Assembly (NCBI GenBank): GCA_964016885.1
Contig: OZ024742.1
Coordinates: 164,238,001-164,302,000, forward strand
DNA: 64,000 bases
Source of the DNA: Eledone cirrhosa
Taxonomy: Eukaryota
Direction: 5' to 3'
The notes below the pieces were generated by a model. That model searched no databases, was not told where the DNA came from, and saw only the letters and a list, made by a program, of their open reading frames with translations. Both the position numbers and the translations under genes were made by a program. This document shows positions 13,141 through 26,699 of this stretch, in pieces. Within the stretch, counting starts at the first letter, position 1; every line of letters starts with the position of its first letter.

Positions 13141-14020
13141 TTTACAAATTATCTCCCCCTGATTTTTTTTTACAAATTATCTACGCCTAATTTTTTTTAC
13201 AAATTATCTCCCCCTGATTTTTTTTTACAAATTATCTCCCCCTGATTTTTTTTACAAATTATCTCCCCCTGATTTTTTTTTACAAATTATTTCCCCCTGA
13301 TTTTTTTACAAATTATCTCCCCCCTGATTTTTTTTACAATCTCCGCCTGATTTTTTTAAAAATTATCTTGCCTTGGCTGGCGGGAAATTATCTCCCCTTG
13401 GACGGCTGGAAATTATATCCCCTTGGACGGCTGGAAATTACCTCCCCTTGGACAGCTGGAAATTATCTGCCCTTGATTTTGTTTTTACAAATTATCTCCC
13501 CCTGATTTTTTTTACAACTTATCTCCACCTGATTTTTTAAAAAATTATCTCCCCTTGGACGGCTGGAAATTATCTCCCCTTGATTTTTTTTACAAATTAT
13601 CTCCCCCTGATTTTTTTTTACAAATTATCTCCCCCTGATTTTTTTTTACAAATTATCTCCCCCTGATTTTTTTTTACAAATTATCTGCCCCTGATTTTTT
13701 TTACAAATTATCTCCCCCTGATTTTTTTACAAATTATCTCCCCTTGGCTGGCTGGAAATTATCTCCCCTTGGAGGCTGGAATTTATCTCCCCTTGGACGG
13801 CTAGAAATTACCTCTCCTTGGACGGCTGGAAAATATTTCTCCTTGGACGGCTGGATATTATCTACCCTTGGACGGGTGGAAATTATCTCCCCTTGGACGG
13901 CTGGAAATTATCTCCCCTTGGACGGCTAGATATTACCTCCCCTTGGACGACTGGAAATTATCTCCCCTTGATTTTTTTTACAAATTATCTCCCCCTGAAT
14001 TTTTTTTTACAAATTATCTC
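12290..14020 (+). repeat. 865-bp tandem duplication
   Basis: CTACGCCTAA at 12316 and 13181; block starts at 12879 and 13744 (both +865). Confidence 0.9.
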
Positions 14021-17000
14021 CCCCTGATTTTTTTTACAAATTATCTCCGCCTGATTTTTTTAAATATTATCTTCTCTTGGCTGGCGGGAAATTATCTTCT
14101 CTTGGACGGCTGAAAATTATCTCCCCTTGGACGGCTGGAAATTATCTCCCCTTGATTTTTTTTACAAATTATCTCCCCCTGATTTTTTTTTACAAATTAT
14201 CTCCCCCTGATTTTTTTTTACAAATTATCTCCCCCTGATTTTTTTTTTACAAATTATCTCCCCCTGATTTATTTACAAATTATCTCCCCCTGATTTTTTT
14301 TACAAATTATCTCCGCCTGATTTTTTTAAATATTATCTTCTCTTGGCTGGCGGGAAATTATCTCCCCTTGGACGGCTGAAAATTATCTCCCCTTGGACGG
14401 CTGGAAATTATCTCCCCTTGATTTTTTTTACAAATTATCTCCCCCTGATTTTTTTTTACAAATTATCTCCCCCTGATTTTTTTTTACAAATTATCTCCCC
14501 CTGATTTTTTTTTACAAATTATCTCCCCCTGATTTTTTTTACAAATTATCTCCCCCTGATTTTTTTACAAATTATCTCCCCTTGGCTGGCTGGAAATTAT
14601 CTCCCCTTGGAGGCTGGAATTTATCTCCCCTTGGACGGCTAGAAATTACCTCTCCTTGGACGGCTGGAAAATATGTCCTTGGACGGCTGGATATTATCTA
14701 CCCTTGGACGGCTGGAAATTATCTCCCCTTGGACGGCTGGAAATTATCTCCCCTTGGACGGCTAGATATTACCTCCCCTTGGACGGCTGGAAATTATCTC
14801 CCCTTGATTTTGTTTACAAATTATCTCCCCCTGATTTTTTTTTACAAATTATCTCCCCCTGATTTTTTTTTACAAATTATCTACCCCTGATTTTTTTTTA
14901 CAAATTATCTCCCCCTGATTTTTTTTACAAATTATCTCTCCCTGATTTTTTTTTACAAATTATCTCCCCCTGATTTTTTTTTACAAATTATCTACCCCTG
15001 ATTTTTTTTTACAAATTATCTCCCCCTGATTTTTTTTACAAATTATCTCCCCCTGATTTTTTTTACAAATTATCTCCCCCTGATTTTTTTACAAATTATC
15101 TCCCCCCGATTTTTTTTACAAATTATCTCCGCCTAATTTTTTTAAATATTATCTTCCCTTGGCTGGCGGGAAATTATCTCCCCTTGGACGGCTGAAAATT
15201 ATCTCCCCTTGGACGGCTGGAAATTATCTCCCATTGATTTTTTTACAAATTATCTCCCCCTGATTTTTTTTTACAAATTATCTACCCCTGATTTTTTTTT
15301 ACAAATTATCTCCCCCTGATTTTTTTACAAATTATCTCCCCTTGGCTGGCTGGAAATTATCTCCCCTTGGAGGCTGGAATTTATCTCCCCTTGGACGGCT
15401 AGAAATTACCTCTCCTTGGACGGCTGGAAAATATGTCTCCTTGGACGGCTGGATATTATCTACCCTTGGACGGCTGGAAATTATCTCCCCTTGGACGGCT
15501 GGAAATTATCTCCCCTTGAACGGCTGGAAATTATCTCCCCTTGGACGGCTGGAAATTATCTCCCCTTGGACGGCTAGAAATTACCTCTCCTTGGACGGCT
15601 GAAAATTATCTCCCCTTGGACGGCTGCAAATTATCTCCCCTTGATTTTTTTAACAAATTATCTCCCCCTGATTTTTTTTTACAAATTATCTCCCCCTGAT
15701 TTTTTTTTACAAATTATCTACGCCTAATTTTTTTTACAAATTATCTCCCCCTGATTTTTTTTACAAATTATCTCCCCCTGATTTTTTTTACAAATTATCT
15801 CCCCCTGATTTTTTTTTACAAATTATCTCCCCCTGATTTTTTTACAAATTATCTCCCCCCTGATTTTTTTTACAATCTCCGCCTGATTTTTTAAAAAATT
15901 ATCTTCCCTTGGCTGGCAGGAAATTATCTCCCCTTGGACGGCTGGAAATTATATCCCCTTGGAAGGATGGAAATTATCTCCCCTTGGACGGCTGGAAATT
16001 ATCTCCCCTTGGACGGCTGGAAATTACCTCCCCTTGGACAGCTGGAAATTATCTGCCCTTGATTTTGTTTTTACAAATTATCTCCCCCTGATTTTTTTTA
16101 CAAATTATCTCCACCTGATTTTTTAAAAAATTATCTCCCCTTGATTTTTTTACAAATTATCTACCCCTAATTTTTTTTTACAAATTATCTCCCCCTGATT
16201 TTTTTTTACAAATTATCTACCCCTAATTTTTTTTTACAAATTATCTCCCCCTGATTTTTTTTACAAATTATCTCCCCCTGATTTTTTTTTTACAAATTAT
16301 CTCCCCCTGATTTTTTTACAAATTATCTCCCCCTGATTTTTTTTACAAATTATCTCCGCCTGATTTTTTTAAATATTATCTTCTCTTGGCTGGCGGGAAA
16401 TTATCTCCCCTTGGACGGCTGAAAATTATCTCCCCTTGGACGGCTGGAAATTATCTCCCCTTGATTTTTTTTACAAATTATCTCCCCTTGATTTTTTTTT
16501 ACAAATTATCTCCCCCTGATTTTTTTTTACAAATTATCTACCCCTGATTTTTTTTTACAAATTATCTCCCCCTGATTTTTTTTACAAATTATCTCTCCCT
16601 GATTTTTTTTACAAATTATCTCCCCCTGATTTTTTTTTACAAATTATCTACCCCTGATTTTTTTTTACAAATTATCTCCCCCTGATTTTTTTTACAAATT
16701 ATCTCCCCCTGATTTTTTTTACAAATTATCTCCCCCTGATTTTTTTACAAATTATCTCCCCCCGATTTTTTTTACAAATTATCTCCGCCTAATTTTTTTA
16801 AATATTATCTTCCCTTGGCTGGCGGGAAATTATCTCCCCTTGGACGGCTGAAAATTATCTCCCCTTGGACGGCTGGAAATTATCTCCCCTTGATTTTTTT
16901 ACAAATTATCTCCCCCTGATTATTTTTTACAAATTATCTCCCCCTGATTTTTTTTTACAAATTATCTCCCTCTGATTTTTTTTACAAATTATCTCCCCTT

Positions 17001-20000
17001 GGCTGGCTGGAAATTATCTCCCCTTGGAGGCTGGAATTTATCTCCACTTGGACGGTTAGAAATTACCTCTCCTTGGACTGCTGGAAAATATGTCTCCTTG
17101 GACGGCTGGAAATTATCTCCCCTTGGACGGCTGGAAATTATCTCCCCTTGGAGGGCTGGAAATTATCTCTCCTCGGACGACTAGAAATTACCTCTCCTTG
17201 GACAGCTGAAAATTATCTCCCCTTGGACGGCTGGAAATTATCTCCCCTTGATTTTTTTTACAAATTATCTCCCCGATTTTTTTTTACAAATTATCTCCCC
17301 CTGATTTTTTTTTACAAATTATCTCCCCCTGATTTTTTTTACAAATTATCTCCCCCTGATATTTTTTACAAATTATCTCCCCCTGATTTTTTAACAAATT
17401 ATCTCCCCTTGGCTGGCTGGAAATTATCTCCCCTTGGAGGCTGGAATTTATCTCCCCTTGGACGGCTAGAAATTACCTCGCCTTGGACGGCTGGAAAATA
17501 TGTCTCCTTGGACGGCTGGAAATTATCTCCCCTTGGACGGCTGGAAATTATCTCCCCTTGGACGGCTGGAAATTATCTCCCTTTGGACGGCTAGATATTA
17601 CCTCCCCTTGGACGGCTGGAAATTATCTCCCCTTGATTTTTTTTACAAATTATCTCCCCCTGATTTTTTTTTACAAATTATCTCCCCCTGATTTTTTTTT
17701 ACGAATTATCTCCCCCTGATTTTTTTTTACAAATTATCTCCGCCTGATTTTTTTTTTAAAATTATCTCCCCTTGAACGGCTGGAAATTATCTCCCCTTGG
17801 ACGGCTGGAAATTATCTCCCCTTGGACGGCTAGAAATTACCTCTCCTTGGACGGCTGAAAATTATCTCCCCTTGGACGGCTGCAAATTATCTCCCCTTGA
17901 TTTTTTAACAAATTATCTCCCCCTGATTTTTTTTTACAAATTATCTCCCCCTGATTTTTTTTTACAAATTATCTACGTCTAATTTTTTTTACAAATTATC
18001 TCCCCCTGATTTTTTTTTACAAATTATCTCCCCCTGATTTTTTTTACAAATTATCTCCCCCTGATTTTTTTTTACAAATTATTTCCCCCTGATTTTTTTA
18101 CAAATTATCTCCCCCCTGATTTTTTTTACAATCTCCGCCTGATTTTTTTAAAAATTATCTTGCCTTGGCTGGCGGGAAATTATCTCCCCTTGGACGGCTG
18201 GAAATTATATCCCCTTGGACGGCTGGAAATTACCTCCCTTTGGACAGCTGGAAATTATCTGCCCTTGATTTTGTTTTTACAAATTATCTCCCCCTGATTT
18301 TTTTTACAAATTATCTCCACCTGATTTTTTAAAAAATTATCTCCCCTTGGACGGCTGGAAATTATCTCCCCTTGATTTTTTTTACAAATTATCTCCCCCT
18401 GATTTTTTTTTACAAATTATCTCCCCCTGATTTTTTTTTACAAATTATCTCCCCCTGATTTTTTTTTACAAATTATCTGCCCCTGATTTTTTTTACAAAT
18501 TATCTCCCCCTGATTTTTTTACAAATTATCTCCCCTTGGCTGGCTGGAAATTATCTCCCCTTGGAGGCTGGAATTTATCTCCCCTTGGACGGCTAGAAAT
18601 TACCTCTCCTTGGACGGCTGGAAAATATTTCTCCTTGGACGGCTGGATATTATCTACCCTTGGACGGGTGGAAATTATCTCCCCTTGGACGGCTGGAAAT
18701 TATCTCCCCTTGGACGGCTAGATATTACCTCCCCTTGGACGACTGGAAATTATCTCCCCTTGATTTTTTTTACAAATTATCTCCCCCTGATTTTTTTTTT
18801 ACAAATTATCTCCCCCTGATTTTTTTTACAAATTATCTCCGCCTGATTTTTTTAAATATTATCTTCTCTTGGCTGGCGGGAAATTATCTCCCCTTGGACG
18901 GCTGAAAATTATCTCCCCTTGGACGGCTGGAAATTATCTCCCCTTGATTTTTTTTACAAATTATCTCCCCCTGATTTTTTTTTACAAATTATCTCCCCCT
19001 GATTTTTTTTTACAAATTATCTCCCCCTGATTTTTTTTTTACAAATTATCTCCCCCTGATTTATTTACAAATTATCTCCCCCTGATTTTTTTTACAAATT
19101 ATCTCCGCCTGATTTTTTTAAATATTATCTTCTCTTGGCTGGCGGGAAATTATCTCCCCTTGGACGGCTGAAAATTATCTCCCCTTGGACGGCTGGAAAT
19201 TATCTCCCCTTGATTTTTTTTACAAATTATCTCCCCCTGATTTTTTTTTACAAATTATCTCCCCCTGATTTTTTTTTACAAATTATCTCCCCCTGATTTT
19301 TTTTTACAAATTATCTCCCCCTGATTTTTTTTACAAATTATCTCCCCCTGATTTTTTTACAAATTATCTCCCCTTGGCTGGCTGGAAATTATCTCCCCTT
19401 GGAGGCTGGAATTTATCTCCCCTTGGACGGCTAGAAATTACCTCTCCTTGGACGGCTGGAAAATATGTCCTTGGACGGCTGGATATTATCTACCCTTGGA
19501 CGGCTGGAAATTATCTCCCCTTGGACGGCTGGAAATTATCTCCCCTTGGACGGCTAGATATTACCTCCCCTTGGACGGCTGGAAATTATCTCCCCTTGAT
19601 TTTGTTTACAAATTATCTCCCCCTGATTTTTTTTTACAAATTATCTCCCCCTGATTTTTTTTTACAAATTATCTACCCCTGATTTTTTTTTACAAATTAT
19701 CTCCCCCTGATTTTTTTTACAAATTATCTCTCCCTGATTTTTTTTTACAAATTATCTCCCCCTGATTTTTTTTTACAAATTATCTACCCCTGATTTTTTT
19801 TTACAAATTATCTCCCCCTGATTTTTTTTACAAATTATCTCCCCCTGATTTTTTTTACAAATTATCTCCCCCTGATTTTTTTACAAATTATCTCCCCCCG
19901 ATTTTTTTTACAAATTATCTCCGCCTAATTTTTTTAAATATTATCTTCCCTTGGCTGGCGGGAAATTATCTCCCCTTGGACGGCTGAAAATTATCTCCCC

Positions 20001-20300
20001 TTGGACGGCTGGAAATTATCTCCCATTGATTTTTTTACAAATTATCTCCCCCTGATTTTTTTTTACAAATTATCTACCCCTGATTTTTTTTTACAAATTA
20101 TCTACCCCTGATTTTTTTACAAATTATCTCCCCTTGGCTGGCTGGAAATTATCTCCCCTTGGAGGCTGGAATTTATCTCCCCTTGGACGGCTAGAAATTA
20201 CCTCTCCTTGGACGGCTGGAAAATATGTCTCCTTGGACGGCTGGATATTATCTACCCTTGGACGGCTGGAAATTATCTCCCCTTGGACGGCTGGAAATTA
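13165..20300 (+). repeat. Segment ~13.2-15.5 kb repeated at +4,792 bp
   Basis: Landmarks 13744/18536, 14582/19374 and 15342/20134. Shared markers TGATTTATTTAC, TGATTTTGTTTAC and CTCCCATTGA. Confidence 0.85.
14045..14577 (+). repeat. 266-bp tandem module pair (CTCCGCCTGA...AAATATTATCTTCTCTTGGCTGGCGGG)
   Basis: CTCCGCCTGA at 14045 and 14311. The pair with its TGATTTATTTAC marker recurs near 18.8, 27.1, 28.4, 32.0, 38.5, 45.1 and 54.9 kb. Confidence 0.85.
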
Positions 20301-23120
20301 TCTCCCCTTGGACGGCTAGATATTACCTCCCCTTGGACGGCTGGAAATTATCTCCCCTTGATTTTTTTTACAAATTATCTCCCCCTGATTTTTTTTTACG
20401 AATTATCTCCCCCTGATTTTTTTTTACAAATTATCTCCGCCTGATTTTTTTTTTAAATTATCTCCCCTTGAACGGCTGGAAATTATCTCCCCTTGGACGG
20501 CTGGAAATTATCTCTCCTTGGACGGCTAGAAATTACCTCTCCTTGGACGGCTGAAAATTATCTCCCCTTGGACGGCTGCAAATTATCTCCCCTTGATTTT
20601 TTTAACAAATTATCTCCCCCTGATTTTTTTTTACAAATTATCTCCCCCTGATTTTTTTTTACAAATTATCTACGCCTAATTTTTTTTACAAATTATCTCC
20701 CCCTGATTTTTTTTACAAATTATCTCCCCCTGATTTTTTTTACAAATTATCTCCCCCTGATTTTTTTTTACAAATTATCTCCCCCTGATTTTTTTACAAA
20801 TTATCTCCCCCCTGATTTTTTTTACAATCTCCGCCTGATTTTTTAAAAAATTATCTTCCCTTGGCTGGCAGGAAATTATCTCCCCTTGGACGGCTGGAAA
20901 TTATATCCCCTTGGAAGGATGGAAATTATCTCCCCTTGGACGGCTGGAAATTATCTCCCCTTGGACGGCTGGAAATTACCTCCCCTTGGACAGCTGGAAA
21001 TTATCTGCCCTTGATTTTGTTTTTACAAATTATCTCCCCCTGATTTTTTTTACAAATTATCTCCACCTGATTTTTTAAAAAATTATCTCCCCTTGATTTT
21101 TTTACAAATTATCTCCCCCTGATTTTTTTTACAAATTATCTCCCCCTGATTTTTTTTTTACAAATTATCTCCCCCTGATTTTTTTACAAATTATCTCCAC
21201 CTGATTTTTTTTACAAATTATCTCCGCCTGATTTTTTTAAATATTATCTTCCCTTGGCTGGCGGGAAATTATCTCCCCTTGGACGGCTGAAAATTATCTC
21301 CCCTTGGACGGCTGGAAATTATCTCCCATTGATTTTTTTTACAAATTATCTCCCCCTGATTTTTTTTTACAAATTATCTCCCCCTGATTTTTTTTACAAA
21401 TTATCTGCCCCTGATTTTTTTTTACAAATTATCTGCCCCTGATTTTTTTTACAAATTATCTCCCCCTGATTTTTTTACAAATTATCTCCCCTTGGCTGGC
21501 TGGAAATTATCTCCCCTTGGAGGCTGGAATTTATCTCCCCTTGGACGGCTAGAAATTACCTCTCCTTGGACGGCTGGAAAATATTTCTCCTTGGACGGCT
21601 GGATATTATCTACCCTTGGACGGGTGAAAATTATCTCCCCTTGGACGGCTGGAAATTATCTCCCCTTGGACGGCTGGAAATTATCTCCCCTTGATTTTTT
21701 TTACAAATTATCTCCCCCTGATTTTTTTTACAAATTATCTCCACCTGATTTTTTTACAAATTATCTCCCCCTGATTTTTTTTACAAATTATCTCCCCCTG
21801 ATTTTTTTTTTACAAATTATCTCCCCCTGATTTTTTTACAAATTATCTCCCCCTGATTTTTTTTACAAATTATCTCCGCCTGATTTTTTTAAATATTATC
21901 TTCCCTTGGCTGGCGGGAAATTATCTCCCCTTGGACGGCTGAAAATTATCTCCCCTTGGACGGCTGGAAATTATCTCCCCTTGATTTTTTTTACAAATTA
22001 TCTCCCCCTGATTATTTTTTACAAATTATCTTTCCCTGATTTTTTTTTACAAATTATCTCCCCCTGATTTTTTATACAAATTATCTCCCCCTGATTTTTT
22101 TACAAATTATCTCCCCTTGGCTGGCTGGAAATTATCTCCCCTTGGAGGCTGGAATTTATCTCCCCTTGGACGGCTGGAAATTATCTCTCCTTGGACGGCT
22201 AGTAATTACCTCTCCTTGGACGGCTGGAAAATATGTCTCGTTGGAGGGCTGGAAATTATCTCCCCTTGGACGGCTGGAAATTATCTCCCCTTGGACGGCT
22301 GGAAATTATCTCTCCTTGGACGGCTAGAAATTACCTCTCCTTGGACGGCTGAAAATTATCTCTCCTTGGACGGCTGGAAATTATCTCCCCTTGGACGGCT
22401 AGATATTACCTCCCCTTGGACGGCTGGAAATTATCTCCCCTTGATTTTTTTTACAAATTATCTCCGCCTGATTTTTTTTACAAATTATCTCCACCTGATT
22501 TTTTTACAAATTATCTCCCCCTGATTTTTTTTACAAATTATCTCCGCCTAATTTTTTTAAATATTATCTTCCCTTGGCTGGCGGGAAATTATCTCCCCTT
22601 GGACGGCTGAAAATTATCTCCCCTTGGACGGCTGGAAATTATCTCCCCTTGATTTTTTTTACAAATTATCTCCCCCTGATTTTTTTTTACAAATTATCTC
22701 CCCCTGATTTTTTTTTACAAATTATCTCCCCCTGATTTTTTTTTACAAATTATCTCCCCCTGATTTTTTTTACAAATTATCTCCCCTTGGCAGGCTGGAA
22801 ATTATCTCCCCTTGGAGGCTGGAATTTATCTCCCCTTGGACGGCTAGAAATTACCTCTCCTTGGACGGCTGGAAAATATGTCCTTGGACGGCTGGATATT
22901 ATCTACCCTTGGACGGCTGGAAATTATCTCCCCTTGGACGGCTGGAAATTATCTCCCCTTGGAGGCTGGAATTTATCTCCCCTTGGACGGCTAGAAATTA
23001 CCTCTCCTTGGACGGCTGGAAAATATGTCCTTGGACGGCTGGATATTACCTCCCCTTGGACGGCTGGAAATTATCTCCCCTTGATTTTTTTTACAAATTA
23101 TCTCCCCCTGATTTTTTTTA

Positions 23121-23537
23121 CAAATCTAATGATTTTTAAAAAAAAATTATCTCCCCTTCGCTGGCTGGAAATTATCTCCCCTTCGCTGGCTGGAAATTAT
23201 CTCCCCTTGGACGCTGGAAATTATAGCCCCTTGGAGGGCTGGAAATTATCTTCCCTTGGACGGCTGGAAATTATCTCCCCTTGGCTCGAAATTATCTCCC
23301 CTTGGACGGCTAGAAATTATCTCTCTTTGGACGGCTGGAAATTATCTCCCTTTGATTTTTTTTACAAATTATCTCCCCCTGATTTTTTTTACAAATCTCC
23401 CCCTGATTTTTTAAAAAAAATTATCTCCCCTTCGCTGGCTGGAAATTATCTCCCCTTGGACACTGGAAATTATAGCCCCTTGGAGGGCTGGAAATTATCT
23501 TCCCTTGGACGGCTGGAAATTATCTCTGCTTGATTTT
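23121..23537 (+). repeat. Divergent ~400-bp satellite module, copy 2
   Basis: Same variant string as copy 1, at +20,197. Confidence 0.88.
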
Positions 23538-26500
23538 TTTTACAAATTATCTCCCCTTGATTTTTTTTTACAAATTATCCCCCCCGATTTTTTTTACAAA
23601 TTATCTCCCCCTGATTTTTTTTACAAATTATCTCCCCTTGGACGGCTGGAAATTATCTCCCCTTGGACGGCTGGAAATTATCTCCCCTTGGACGGCTAGA
23701 AATTACCTCTCCTTGGACGACTGAAAATTATCTCCCCTTGGACGGCTGCAAATTATCTCCCCTTGATTTTTTTTACAAATTATCTCCGCCTGATTTTTTT
23801 TTTTAAATTATCTCCCCTTGGACGGCTGGAAATTACCTCCCCTTGGACGGCTGGAAATTATCTCCCCTTGGACGGCTAGAAATTACCTCTCATTGGACGG
23901 CTGAAAATTATCTCCCCTTGGACGGCTGGAAATTATCTCCCCTTGATTTTTTTTACAAATTATCTCCCCCTGATTTTTTTTTACAAATTATCTCCCCCTG
24001 ATTTTTTTTTTACAAATTATCTCCGCCTGATTTTTTTTTAAAATTATCTCTCCTTGGACGGCTGGATATTATCTCCCCTTTCATTTTTTTTACAAATTAT
24101 CTCCCCCTGATTTTTTTTTACAAATTATCTCCCCCTGATTTTTTTTTACAAATTATCTACCCCTAATTTTTTTTTACAAATTATCTCCCCCTGATTTTTT
24201 TTACAAATTATCTCCCCCTGATTTTTTTTTTACAAATTATCTCCCCCTGATTTTTTTACAAATTATCTCCCCCTGATTTTTTTTACAAATTATCTCCGCC
24301 TGATTTTTTTAAATATTATCTTCTCTTGGCTAGCGGGAAATTATCTCCCCTTGGACGGCTGAAAATTATCTCCCCTTGGACGGCTGGAAATTATCTCCCC
24401 TTGATTTTTTTTACAAATTATCTCCCCCTGATTTTTTTTTACAAATTATCTCCCCCTGATTTTTTTTACAAATTATCTCCCCCTGATTTTTTTTTACAAA
24501 TTATCTCCCCCTGATTTTTTTTACAAATTATCTCCCCCTGATTTTTTTACAAATTATCTCCCCTTGGCTGGCTGGAAATTATCTCCCCTTGGAGGCTGGA
24601 ATTTATCTCCCCTTGGACGGCTAGAAATTACCTCTCCTTGGACGGCTGGAAAATATGTCCTTGGACGGCTGGATATTATCTACCCTTGGACGGCTGGAAA
24701 TTATCTCCCCTTGGACGGCTGGATATTACCTCCCCTTGGACGGCTGGAAATTATCTCCCCTTGATTTTTTTTACAAATTATCCCCCCCTGATTTTTTTTT
24801 ACAAATTATCTCCCCCTGATTTTTTTTTACAAATTATCTACCCCTGATTTTTTTTTACAAATTATCTCCCCCTGATTTTTTTTACAAATTATCTCTCCCT
24901 GATTTTTTTTTACAAATTATCTCCACCTGATTTTTTGTTACAAATTATCTACCCCTGATTTTTTTTTACAAATTATCTCCCCCTGATTTTTTTTACAAAT
25001 TATCTCCCCCTGATTTTTTTTACAAATTATCTCCCCCTGATTTTTTTACAAATTATCTCCCCCCGATTTTTTTTACAAATTATCTCCGCCTAATTTTTTT
25101 AAATATTATCTTCCCTTGGCTGGCGGGAAATTATCTCCCCTTGGACGGCTGAAAATTATCTCCCCTTGGACGGCTGGAAATTATCTCCCCTTGATTTTTT
25201 TACAAATTATCTCCCCCTGATTATTTTTTACAAATTATCTCCCCCTAATTTTTTTTTACAAATTATCTCCCTCTGATTTTTTTTACAAATTATCTCCCCT
25301 TGGCTGGCTGGAAATTATCTCCCCTTGGAGGCTGGAATTTATCTCCACTTGGACGGTTAGAAATTACCTCTCCTTGGACTGCTGGAAAATATGTCTCCTT
25401 GGACGGCTGGAAATTATCTCCCCTTGGACGGCTGGAAATTATCTCCCCTTGGACGGCTGGAAATTATCTCTCCTCGGACGACTAGAAATTACCTCTCCTT
25501 GGACAGCTGAAAATTATCTCCCCTTGGACGGCTGGAAATTATCTCCCCTTGATTTTTTTTACAAATTATCTCCCCCCGATTTTTTTTTACAAATTATCTC
25601 CCCCTGATATTTTTTACAAATTATCTCCCCCTGATTTTTTTACAAATTATCTCCCCTTGGCTGGCTGGAAATTATCTCCCCTTGGAGGCTGGAATTTATC
25701 TCCCCTTGGACGGCTAGAAATTACCTCGCCTTGGACGGCTGGAAAATATGTCTCCTTGGACGGCTGGAAATTATCTCCCCTTGGACGGCTGGAAATTATC
25801 TCCCCTTGGACGGCTGGAAATTATCTCCCTTTGGACGGCTAGATATTACCTCCCCTTGGACGGCTGGAAATTATCTCCCCTTGATTTTTTTTACAAATTA
25901 TCTCCCCCTGATTTTTTTTTACAAATTATCTCCCCCTGATTTTTTTTTACGAATTATCTCCCCCTGATTTTTTTTTACAAATTATCTCCGCCTGATTTTT
26001 TTTTTTAAATTATCTCCCCTTGAACGGCTGGAAATTATCTCCCCTTGGACGGCTGGAAATTATCTCCCCTTGGACGGCTAGAAATTACCTCTCCTTGGAC
26101 GGCTGAAAATTATCTCCCCTTGGACGGCTGCAAATTATCTCCCCTTGATTTTTTAACAAATTATCTCCCCCTGATTTTTTTTTACAAATTATCTCCCCCT
26201 GATTTTTTTTTACAAATTATCTACGCCTAATTTTTTTTACAAATTATCTCCCCCTGATTTTTTTTTACAAATTATCTCCCCCTGATTTTTTTTACAAATT
26301 ATCTCCCCCTGATTTTTTTTTACAAATTATTTCCCCCTGATTTTTTTACAAATTATCTCCCCCCTGATTTTTTTTACAATCTCCGCCTGATTTTTTTAAA
26401 AATTATCTTGCCTTGGCTGGCGGGAAATTATCTCCCCTTGGACGGCTGGAAATTATATCCCCTTGGACGGCTGGAAATTACCTCCCCTTGGACAGCTGGA

Positions 26501-26699
26501 AATTATCTGCCCTTGATTTTGTTTTTACAAATTATCTCCCCCTGATTTTTTTTACAAATTATCTCCACCTGATTTTTTAAAAAATTATCTCCCCTTGGAC
26601 GGCTGGAAATTATCTCCCCTTGATTTTTTTTACAAATTATCTCCCCCTGATTTTTTTTTACAAATTATCTCCCCCTGATTTTTTTTTACAAATTATCTC

